64,000 bases of DNA from Paraspadella gotoi (lineage: Eukaryota; Animalia; Chaetognatha): the NCBI GenBank assembly GCA_051294375.1, contig CM119263.1, positions 11,943,130 through 12,007,129 on the forward strand, in the 5' to 3' direction. A model generated the notes under the pieces. That model did no database searches, was not told where the DNA came from, and saw only the letters and a list, made by a program, of their open reading frames with translations. The position numbers and the translations under genes were made by a program. Positions 53,323 to 64,000 of the stretch are shown one piece after another; the first letter of the stretch is position 1; every line of letters starts with the position of its first letter.

Positions 53323-56300
53323 ATGGCGTCCTACCACAGCAGCGTGCCGCCGTCGATGGTGGCCAAGGATGCCAAATCGGAGGCGAGTGCGGCCGCGGCG
53401 GTCAAAGACCTCGACGACGCCTCCAAGAAGCAGTCGCGCGAGGATTGGCGCAAAGTCAAGGAGTTGGAGGAGATGAGAAAGGCCGGGACCGCCCCGGCCG
53501 CCGTCGACGAGGAGGGTCGCGACATCAACCCCCACATCCCCCAGTACATCGTGTCCTGCCCTTGGTACGTCGGAATTACTCGCCCTACTCTCACGCATCA
53601 ACGGCCTCAGGTCAGCAAATCATTGTTTGTTTTTAATTGTTTCTGAATTAAATTTTAATTCGCGTCTATGCTATTTTTACGTTTCATCGTTTACTTCTAT
53701 AAATTTATAACCAACTCATTTATATAATCAACCAATTTATTTTTGTCCTTCCGCAGAAAGAGAAGCAACACCAGTTCGCCCGTATCGAGGACACTTACGA
53801 CCGGGGACTTAAAAACGATGTTGCGCTGAAGTTTCGCAAAGGCGCCTGTGAAAACTGCGGTTCAATGTCGCACAAACGAAAAGACTGTATGGAGAGACCC
53901 AGAAAAATCGGGGCGAAGTTTACGGGTACTTTGGTCAATGAACGGCTTTAAGAAAAAAAGTCATTCAGTTCAACTTCAAAATAGGCCAAAATGGATTACA
54001 AATTCAGAAAGCTGAGCTCCTGCCGATTCCGAAAATGTATTCACTTTAAACATTTGATGTATTCTACGCCATTTTATATCGGTTCAACAGAGTCGAAACA
54101 TGTACTATGTAAATAAAAATCGTTGTATTGGCAAACAATAAACAATTCCTAATATCGGTTTTAATTATAATATAAAATAAAAGAAACCTATCTGAAGAGT
54201 TGCAGGTCAAACGAAAAGGCCAATCCATCTGATATTTTTTATGAATTTTTTATTACTGAATTAGAAAAATGTAATAGAGAGACATTTTTAAATTTCAACT
54301 TGTATCCTTGAAAATGAAATGTTTTTAAACTTTAACCCTGAATTCTTTCTAACTGGAACACGTTTATCAAAATGTCTCTCTATTACATTTTTACAAATGT
54401 TTTTAAGATTGTTAATCAAATTTTTAATTCAATATTATTGCAGTCGTTTAGGCTGCAACTCTTCAAATTCAGTATAGATTCATTGTTGCTCAAATTTCTT
54501 TACCATCTATTTAACTGAAGATTTTGTTCATGACTGGAAAACCAACAGAGTAACGAGATTGTTTAATTCTCCCCTTCTAAACTAACCCATACCGTGTTTT
54601 AACTTCTTACCTAGAATTTTTTAACAACCAGATTGAAAAACAAATCTTTAAAAAATGTGCTTACCCATTTAACTTAACAATTTTGTTATTTACCCATTTA
54701 AAAAAAATTATTAAAAACAGAATGTTTACATATGAATAAAAACTTATTTTTTTGTGATTACTGATGATTATAATGTATTTCTCGATATATTAGCTCTAAT
54801 ACATCAAGGATTACGTATTGTTATGCTGAATGACCTTTCCTCTTAACTTAGATTTTTTAGTAATGGGGTAGTGCGGGGTAATTCGGAACAGGGGTAATTC
54901 GTAACACTGACATATAAATTGAAATAAAAAAATTGTTGAGATATTTTAAAATATTTTTTGGTGCATTAAATATTTCAACAACCTGACATACCATTATTAA
55001 GGTTACTTTCCGCTGCTGCTGCAGCAGCTTCAGCAGCAATTTCAAAGCTGCTAGTCGAATTTCGTCTTTGAGTAGTCGTTTTCAAGCCTCTGTCAGTCAT
55101 ATTTGACCATCCCAACGTTCCTTGGATCAAAAGCAGTTCAAGTGAAATCCTTTCTCTCTTCACTCACTTTTAGCTTGCTCGACTCTTCCTTCTACTCGAG
55201 CAAGCTCCTCCTACTCCCTTCGAGCTTTGATCGCGTACGTTGGGCGTGAGCTGTCTCTGCTCGTGGTATCGCTAGCGTCGATGTGACCCCCCCCCCTTCT
55301 AAAAAGGGGCGAGGAGGGCGGAGTCTATTAAGGATGAGCTTGTGACGGATGAGGATTCGCGGAGCCGACGTACGAGCGTAGGCCGTTGGACGCCGAATCC
55401 GTCAGTGCGACTCCTTGATCAGCTTGCGCAGAAGCAGCACCAGCAGATGCGGCAGTCGGCGATGATAGCGATGACGAGGACTCCGACCGTAATTGTGGGC
55501 GCAACATTCTGCCATGTCGCCCTTTGCATGAACTCGTGATCGAACATGAGCGCCTCGGAGTGCTTCAACATGAATTCACCCACGTCCTTGAACAGGTCTC
55601 GTACGACGGTTCGGTTCGGGCACAGTTTCTCACAGAATTTTATTCTCTATACTAATGCCTTTGTAGAAAATCTTTTGTATTTTCTATGCCTGCGGGGTCG
55701 CGCGTTCGAGGCGTCGGCCGTCGGATGAACAGATTTTGACAAGGAGCAAGGATTTCGTAGTATCTTACTAAATCTCGAAGCGTAAAGAAAAACGTCGAAA
55801 AATGTAGAATAAATTGTAAATTATTTGTATTTTTGTAGAGATAAATCCATGGCAAATCAATGAAAAGTCGAAAAAATGTTTGTAATAAATCCTTGGATCC
55901 GTAAAAACTACGGTTCCAGACGGCCGATGTTTTCTTTAAAAATGATTCTGATCGAATAACAAGTGACGAGGTTTTCGGCCGAAAGAAAGCCACAAGAAAG
56001 CAACTAGAACGGTGAAAAGATAAGGTCAGCTAAGGTCAACTTAAGGCCTGGGATCACTGGCCAAAAGTTAAAATTAGGATTAAATAAAGCTTGTTTTCGA
56101 AAAGTAGAGGTCCAGTCCAGTCCAGTCTTCGAATCCATTGCTGTTTTTTCGAATTTTATAATACTATATAAAATAAAAGAAACCTTTCGGAAGAGTTGCG
56201 GCCCAAACGGCTAAGCGGATTTTCATGAAATTTTACATAAATTTACTTGAGGACAAGGGTCCCAATTCTATGAGAGGGATTTTTCAAATTCACTTATCTT

Positions 56301-59300
56301 CATAAGAAAAAAAAAAGAATAAGAAAATTTTGACATTAAATTCTTTATATTTTGAAAACTAGTAACATTTTCCAAAATCCCTCTCATTGAATTTCTCCCA
56401 CCTTTCCATACTTATAAAAAAATATTTTAGTTTATTTTTATTTCAAACGGTTTTAGCTCCAACTCTTTTTGTTTATTTATTTTTTTTTTTTTTTTTTTTT
56501 GTAGATTTTACAGAACTGAAAGTCGAGCAAAGAACTTTAAAATCGATACGCTTTTCCGAAATCTATTTTCATGTCTAGTTTAAATGATGGCTTTACCGAT
56601 CTTTAAAGTTTTATCCAAATTTTGTACAATTTTTTTTAAATTAACAAATGGCTGTGGCTGGGGAAAGCAGTCAGTAAACAAGGAGGAATGCTGCAAAGTG
56701 TTTATTTATTTTTTTCTCAGTCTTGTTTTGAACCAGCTTTGAACCTGGGGAACAGAAATTAAATGTCAAAAGCAGAGCATGAGGCTGGTTCGTCTGTGGA
56801 ATCTGTGGCAGTCTAGGGCACCATTGAGGGTTGTTATCAAAGTGGACCCAACTTCAGATGCCAGGGGACGAATGTCTTTGAATTTTAAAATTTTAAAATT
56901 TTTAATCATTCTTTTTTGTAATAAAATGATAATAGACATCCTCATATAAGCGTTCTGCTCTCTCTCTACATAAACGTTTGTTTTCATCATTAATTGATTC
57001 TATAACATAATTGGAATGACTTGGTTTTAGTTGTTAGTATTACACTGAGGTAGGTGCTGTTAATTGAAAAAAAATTAAAATTTGCGTTTAAAAATGACTT
57101 TACCGTGTTGGATGAAATTTTTAAGGTTTACTGATAAAAAAAATTGCCCGATTTTTAGTTGCCTCTTGAAGCTAAACCTTAATCAAATTTAGAGTTTTTT
57201 TTTTTTTGAAACATGAAGGGAATACACTTTCTTTGACATAATAATAAATTGTACAAAGCTTTATGCAATTCTTGTTTGAATGATCCCAGGCCTTAAATGA
57301 CTAAAAGAATGACCCGACGCGAGGTAACATATCTTACACCACGGTCCAAAATTGATTAGAATTTTGCTTCAAAGTAAAAGTCGTGTGATGTTTGAGAAAC
57401 TTGGCCCCGTCATTGAAAATGGTAGAGAATTGTTGCCGTTGGAACCGTCGTCGCCCCCGTCATTGAAAGACGACGTGAAGTTAGAGAAAAGGCACATGGA
57501 AAGAAAAAATTAAACAAAGCTGTAGAATAATTAAGATATGCCATAAAGGCATGTGCATAGGGGTCACTGCCTTAAGTAGCAATGGCACTAGACCACACTG
57601 CTATTAAAAATTAAAGGCTTGTGCATGGTGGTCACTGCCTTGAGTAGCGATGGGGCATAAGCTCCCTGCTACTAATAATTAGAGGCTTGTGCATGGTGGT
57701 CACTGCCTTGAGGGAAGGCGGACGTATTGGGATCGTCCCCTGACCCTCATGAGGAGAGCATACGTATTATGATGTCGCCCGTAAGGGCAGACTTGATCGC
57801 CTGGGCAAGGACTTCGGCTCAGGACTGAGTCACTGGGAAGTCCAGCTCCAGAGATGAATCAAGGCCCAAGATCTAAGATAATTTTGTAAGATGGGATTTC
57901 AAACAACCTCCTGTTTTATTTATTTAAATGTTTACTTCGGAAACTTTTCAATTCATAAAATGATTTTTTTTTTTTTTTTTTTATTTAATAGAACCGTTTC
58001 AAAGATCAAGGTAAAAAAATGTAATATGTCTTGATTTGATGGTATCAATGACGGCGTTGTATCTATGGACGAACTGTTTGATTCGAGCAACATTGTTGTC
58101 GTCATCCACTTTGCATATTCTGGGCTGTCCCGAAAGCGTTGTTCGTCCATGAAGACATCATGAAGAGATGAGTGGTGGAGACCGTCGCAAGCGCTACAAC
58201 TGCGCTCAGAGCGGCAGTCCTTTGATTCGTGTCCTGGACGAAGGCATAGTAAGCAAATTTTTTTGATCGGCGGCCCATTTTCTTTCTTCACTACTTAATT
58301 TACGATAGTGGGCGCAGGAAGGTGTCGGGTGGTTTTCTTCACAGATAATGCATACGACGTTCTTTGATGGTCGATTAAGTTTTCATTTTGAATTAGCGTT
58401 GGCTTTGTCAACGGAATTGGTCGTGGAGCCAAAGATGAAGGTTGCGGCAAAGGAAATGGCCTGGGAGTCGACATTGAAGTCGGTGATGGGTTCGGAGACA
58501 TCGACGTAACCAGCGGCATCGCGAAGGCAACCTTTCTTCTTCTAGGAGATTTTCTATTCTTTGTTAGAGAAGACGTGAAAGGAGGTAAAACTTTGTCGTT
58601 ACGATACGGAGAATAAAGAGGCAAGGATTGGAGGCTTCCTAATTGATGGAGATTTTCCTCCAATTTTCGAATTCGATCATGAAGTGGAGAGACAGCAAGA
58701 GCCACGGCAGCATCAATGAGCGGCGCCATTTGCCTGAGCGAAACGACTCCCCCGTCGTTTTCAAGTGTTGAAAAAAGGGGTGAAGATGAAGGCGTCTTCT
58801 GGCAAGTTCGTTCTTTCTCCTGCTGCTCTTTTATTGTAATGATCTCAACTTTCAATGTGTGAAGATCATCTTGAAGACTCTCCTCCGTCCTTTGGATCCG
58901 ATCGTTGGCCTGAGAAAAAGACACTTTCAAATCATTTAATGGCTGTTGGTATTTCTGCTCCATGCGGAGTAGACTTTCCACCATAAATTTGCTAAAAATT
59001 TCAAAATTTTGGTTAAATGAGAGATTAATCGTGTTGGCCAATTGCTGATTTTCCTGGGACATCGTAGATGAGTCCATTGTTGATGTTTTTGCTTGGTTGA
59101 TTCGATTTGAACGCCGATTCCAGGAGGCGGTTTTGTAGTTTTTACTGTAGAAAATCTTTTGTATTTTCTATGCCTGCGGGGTCGCGCGTTCGAGGCGTCG
59201 GCCGTCGGATGAACAGATTTTGACAAGGAGCAAGGATTTCGTAGTATCTTACTAAATCTCGAAGCGTAAAGAAAAACGTCGAAAAATGTAGAATAAATTG

Positions 59301-61993
59301 TAAATTATTTGTATTTTTGTAGAGATAAATCCATGGCAAATCAATGAAAAGTCGAAAAAATGTTTGTAATAAATCCTTGGATCCGTAAAAACTACGGTTC
59401 CAGACGGCCGATCTTTTCTTTAAAAATGATTCTGATCGAAAAACAAGTGACGAGGTTTTCGGCCGAAAGCAACTTGAACGGTGAAAAGATAAGGTCAGCT
59501 AAGGTCAACTTAAATGACTAAAAAAGAATGACCCGACGCGAGGTAACAAAATATCTTACAGCCTTCTTCTTCCCACTCGAGTTAGGTATCCACTTTGTGC
59601 GCTATTTCTATAGCTAAAGCGCATTTTTCAGCTGTTTTTAAAGGTGCAAACAGTTTACGTATACGGCTAATGGCACTGTGGCCGGCTAACAACGGCGTTT
59701 GTTGCTATGTCGCCCATCGGTGGCATCTTCCGAATTGGAGGAAACTTTTCCGATAATTTTTGTAATCTTGTGGCCATCTCATTTGCAAGCTCGGCCACTT
59801 TATTTCGTTTTTCGATATTTGGATCTGTCTGTGCCCTCTTAACTGAGAAGGACTTGTAATTTTCACAGGCATTATTTTTCACAACAATAACTTCATCATC
59901 GTCAACAAGAAAATCACGCCTTCTCGCATCGAATCTGCCCGTTCTGCCGTTCCAAGGTTGGTCTTTACGTTTATTTGCCCAGCGGCCATCATCGCCAAAT
60001 TTTCGCCGGTCGCCACGGCGATCCTCGAGGCGGTCGTCCCTGCGGTAGTCGCTCGTGGGAGCCGATTTCCATTTCCTTTCTTCAGATGGGCGTGTCTTTG
60101 TTTGTTTCTTGCACCATCGTGCCCTGGTAGAGTGCGTTGGCGCTGTCGGTGGGGTCTTTGTCCGATTGGAGTCTGTGTAGTTGGCGGTCATCTTCTTTTA
60201 CCGAGTTCATGAAGCGGCGGGAAGAGGCGTCAAGACCTCGGGAGTTGAGTTAGCCACGTAGTTTCCATTCGATGATGGAACCAAGCTCGTGGCGTTTCCC
60301 TTCGACCGTTATGCCCGGCGCGTACTGTTCCAGCGCCGTGTTGAGCAGGCGGGCTACGTGGCGGGCGATTGCCGGACGTTCTTCCGTGGCAACATAGTCG
60401 CAATGGCGGTAAACTGTGTTGACCAACGCCAAACCGAACTTCGAGTTGACAACTGGATCGACGACCACTGAGATAGTGGCTGATGCCTCCAGGATCCCTA
60501 CTGACGTCGATTTGCTCATTTCTTTCAGGCGACGCCAAAGACGATGGGGTCAATGAAGACGCTCGCTTTCTCGTCACGGGCGAGCAGGTCTTTCAGCTGG
60601 TTGACCTTGGGATCTTCGCCGCAGTCGCGGAGGGTTTTGTAGACTCCCATGAGAAAGTCCTCTGGCGTCTCGTCTGCGCGGCGCTTTTCCAATTTAATCG
60701 CTTGGCCGTGAGTTCTCAGCAGGTCCGTGCTGGCCGCCGTGGCTGTAGACTGCGGCGGCTCGATTGTCGCGGCTGCGAAGGTGGTAGCGGCGAACGCGGT
60801 GTCGAACTTAGCGTTGATAGAGGCGACTGCGGTGTTCGCCTCGTTGACGGAAGCGTGTCTCTGAAAGCGGCGTTGATGTCTTTCGGCGACATGGATTTTT
60901 TTCTTTCGAGCGTCTCTGGAGTCGCCCGGCAAGTCAATAATGACGCCGTTTGAACCTATGATGGAGGACCGCGGGGGCGTCGCGGCTTTTTACCCCAAGG
61001 TGGAGTAAAACGGAACACGTTTCAATTTTTTAAAAAATGAGCCCCTAAGGTCCGCAGGATAAAAACGAATACATCAACCTGTAACAAATTAATTTACTAT
61101 GTGAAAAATTTGAATACTTCCAAAAGTGTTCCGAATTACCCCGCACTACCCTACCCTAGTCTATTCGTTTTTGAATCTTTCTCCGTCTCAGGCGACGACA
61201 TCGCCCCCGACGAGAAGGTTTTGCCCGATTTCTCCTTCGACTTTGACGGAAAGCGCGATCGGTGGAACGGATATGACGCCCGCGAGCACAAGCGCGTCAT
61301 CGAGGAACACGTTAAGCTGGAGGAAGCAAAGCGGGTCCTCAAGGCACAGAAGTTGGCCGACAGTTTGGTGGGTGTCTGAAAGAAATTGTAAAGATTGGAC
61401 GAGGAAAGCTGCAGCGACGATAATGTCCTTATCGTTAACAGTTGAAAGGCGAATTGCCGGAAAAAGACAAAAAGAAGGCGGAGGATTCTGATTCGGATGC
61501 GGACGAGGACAAGTACGCCGACGAGATGGACATGCCTGGAACAAAGGTGACCATTCTGGAAGGTCTAGGCCTTCGTCCCTCTACTTTTCCCCATTTTATT
61601 CCAAAAATCGTGCCATATTATCCAGATCGATTCGAAACAAAGGATCAGCGTGCGAAACCTTCGAATCCGCGAGGACACGGCAAAGTACTTGAGAAATCTG
61701 GATCCCAATTCGGCCTACTACGACCCCAAGACTCGTTCCATGAGGGACAACCCATACAAGAACGCCGGAAAGAAAGAGGACGAGGTCGATTACGCCGGTG
61801 GGTGGACTCCCAATTTGTAACGCTTCGTTTATGAACTTTTATTGAATGTGAACTTTGTTTTATTTCAAAATGAATTTTTTTTTTTTTTTAAGGCGACAAC
61901 TTTATTAGAGCCAAGGGCGACACTTTAGAAATGGCGGGCGCGCAGGTTTTCGCGTGGGAGGCCGCCGAAAAGGGCATCGACGTTCACTTGCAG
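53323..61993 (+). CDS. SLU7: Pre-mRNA splicing factor SLU7, first six exons (53323-53610, 53757-53925, 61192-61367, 61442-61546, 61626-61797, 61893-61993); continues beyond window
   Basis: [17 protein letters not shown], zinc knuckle [47 protein letters not shown]; GT-AG introns in phase. Confidence 0.95.
55662..59560 (-). mobile_element. Bel/Pao-derived Gag-only LTR element (LTRs 55662-57338 interrupted, and 59146-59560)
   Basis: About 415-bp TG..CA LTRs, 5-bp TSD gcctt, knuckles [27 protein letters not shown]. Confidence 0.88.
56045..57292. mobile_element. Kolobok-type non-autonomous DNA transposon
   Basis: TTAA TSD, GGCCTGGGATCA TIRs; the other LTR is the empty site. Confidence 0.8.
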
Positions 61994-62039
61994 GTTACGA
62001 TCACGAACCTCAGTTTTAGTCCCTCCTTACGTACATGTA

Positions 62040-62515
62040 CATTAAGGCGTAGTAAAATTTCTAAATTTAACTTAATTAAAATTATAAAAGTGAGGAACGA
62101 ACAACATTATATTAATGAACATTTATGTAATAAAAAAATTTATAAATTTTACAATTTACGCAGTAGGCCATATTTATACTAGTACTAAACCAATAAATGT
62201 TAAAATTTCAAAACAGTTTTTTCAAAAAATTTTTTGCAGATTTGGATTCGTCATAAAAAGTTGATAGAAAGAAATATAACTCTTTTTGAAAAATTCCTTC
62301 ATTAAGTGGGTCAAAAATTAGAAAAAGCTATATTTTAAGCTGAAAATTAATTTTTTATATATTAAATAGTTTTTTTCAATTTTTAACCCACTTAATGAAA
62401 GAATTTTTAAAAATGATTTATATTTCTTTTATCAACTTTTGACGAGGAATTCAAATCTGCAATCAAAATTAAGAAAAGCTTTATTTGAAATTTTTCGATT
62501 TTATAAGGATAGTAC
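62040..62515. repeat. Abundant AT-rich dispersed repeat (copies or relatives near 2541-3152, 20030-20410, 26410-28055, 33860-34330, 35403-35990, 47850-48060)
   Basis: Shared blocks such as GCAGATTTGGATTCGTCAT and TTCATTAAGTGGGTCAAA. Confidence 0.8.
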
Positions 62516-64000
62516 TGTGGACGAACAAATAGAACATGCAACCTCGGTCAAACCACTTGACCTTAACAACCTGACCCCGCTCGTTTCCCCAGTTTATTTG
62601 TGGTCAAAATGTTGACCTTTGTAAATACCATTGTAATAGACTTAGCATCTGAGCATTTTAACTGTTATTGTTTATACCATGTTGAAGAATAATTCATTCT
62701 TGATCTGAAACTTGTCGTCCATACGTGGTAAGCCCGACGTGAAAAAACATAAAAAATAAAACGAAAAACAAAAAACAAAAGAAAAACAAAACAAAAATAA
62801 AAACTCAAACGAAATAAATTTTTACGCGTTTTTGCCATTTTGTAAATCTTTTTTTTTTTTTACAGTGAACAACTTAAAACCTGAATCAATTCTTTTTTTT
62901 TTAATGCCACGATCGTACCACCTGAGCGTCACCCGCCCTCCAACGCCTGCCGACGAAGAGGAATCGACCATGCCTGTAACAACACGCAACGCCTCTCAAT
63001 CCGACAGCGCTGGCCGCGACGACGCCTTCCACGACGCCGCCGCCTCGACGTCCGCGACGCCTCTCGAATTGCAAATCGAGAGTCTTTTCCAAATGGTCTT
63101 CGAGATCAACAGAAAACTCGCCGCGGTCACGGAAAGGCCCAATCCCCCTTCAGCGGACGCAAGCACCGCTTCAACGGAGTTGCCTCCATCGGTGGAAGAC
63201 GGCGCCAGTGACGCCACCCCCACAGGCAACCCGACCCTCTCACGCCCTCCAGCGCCTTCCAGCGCTTCAGCAAGAAGGAGAAATCCCAAGCTGACGACCT
63301 TCGACCCAGACCACATCGAGGAGTGGCAAGACCACGCCGCTGTGGAATTCGGCGCCACCGGCGTCACCGAGCCGGCGGAGAAGAAGGCGCTCATCCTCAG
63401 CGCCATCCCCATCTCCCGCCACCGGCTAATCCCACATGGTCTCCGCATCGACGAAGGCCCTGAAGCTTACAAAAATTTGATTCTCCACTTGCAGAAAATT
63501 TATGGTGAGGATGCCAACAGACGTGCCGCAAAGGCGCTGAAGATGACGTCACTGAAAGGCGTCACTCCTTCCCAGCACCTCTCCGCGATCGACGCCGTCT
63601 TGGAAGGTCTCACCATGGACCACATCAAGGCTGCCATCTTGGCTGCCTCCCTCCCTCAAAGCGTCAGGGAACACGCCATCAGGAAGGATAAAAAACCCGC
63701 CGACATCGCCAAAGACGCCGACGAATTTTTCCTTCAGGCCAGCTTCGCAGCTCTGACCGCACTTCATCCTCAGTGAATGCCGTCACTTTCAGTGAGGTCA
63801 CAGTGGACGAGCCACTGGAGCTTCTTGATGAATCGGCAAGCAACGCTGATGACGCCGCCATCTCCTACGCAAACGCAGTTTGCCGGCCGCCGCCGCGCTC
63901 AACGCAGTGCCCTGCCCCGCAGCAATGCCCATCACAGCAGCGCACGCAGCAGCAACGGCGCCCAACATTAACGCCCCGCTCCCCGCCACACCGTGAACCG
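62516..64000 (+). mobile_element. Gypsy LTR retrotransposon (CsRn1-like): LTR 62516-62723, PBS 62726-62742, gag ORF 62832-63776
   Basis: TGTGGACGA..TCGTCCATA LTR, PBS TGGTAAGCCCGACGTGA; Gag KLTTFDPDHIEEW..F..GVT..PSQHL resembles CsRn1-type (DUF7041-like) Gag. Confidence 0.82.

Larger units (their letters stand above)
54866..61151. mobile_element. TIR element (pogo/Tc1-like ends) hosting nested insertions in SLU7 intron 2
   Basis: 25-bp TIR GGGTAGTGCGGGGTAATTCGGAACA; flanks tg/ta. Confidence 0.75.

Overview
AT-rich, repeat-dense animal (invertebrate-like) genomic DNA with three N gaps. Host genes are all on the + strand and interrupted by introns: the 3' end of a homeodomain-less Pax gene (1-1948), the 5' part of an ABCA transporter (about 4156-33782), the 3' half of SLC38A9 (50569-51940) and the 5' part of SLU7 (53323-61993). 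Most of the rest is nested mobile DNA: Helentron/DINE-1-like HINEs with internal satellites, Tc1, hAT and Kolobok-type MITEs, Penelope-like elements carrying minimal hammerhead ribozymes, a Gag-only Bel/Pao element and a CsRn1-like Gypsy. The most notable signal is about 8 sequence-divergent families of 120-300 bp GC-rich structured repeats that look like tRNA-SINEs but behave as LTRs. Most have TG/TA..CA termini and 4-bp target duplications, and three occur as LTR-PBS-PPT-LTR miniature retrotransposons with a tRNA-Trp primer site. All carry a tRNA-like Pol III A/B box inside the LTR. The Gypsy at 62516+ has the same primer site and the same TGTGG..CCATA LTR ends as two of the families, so it is a candidate helper. 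Everything was read by eye; no searches or folding programs were run.
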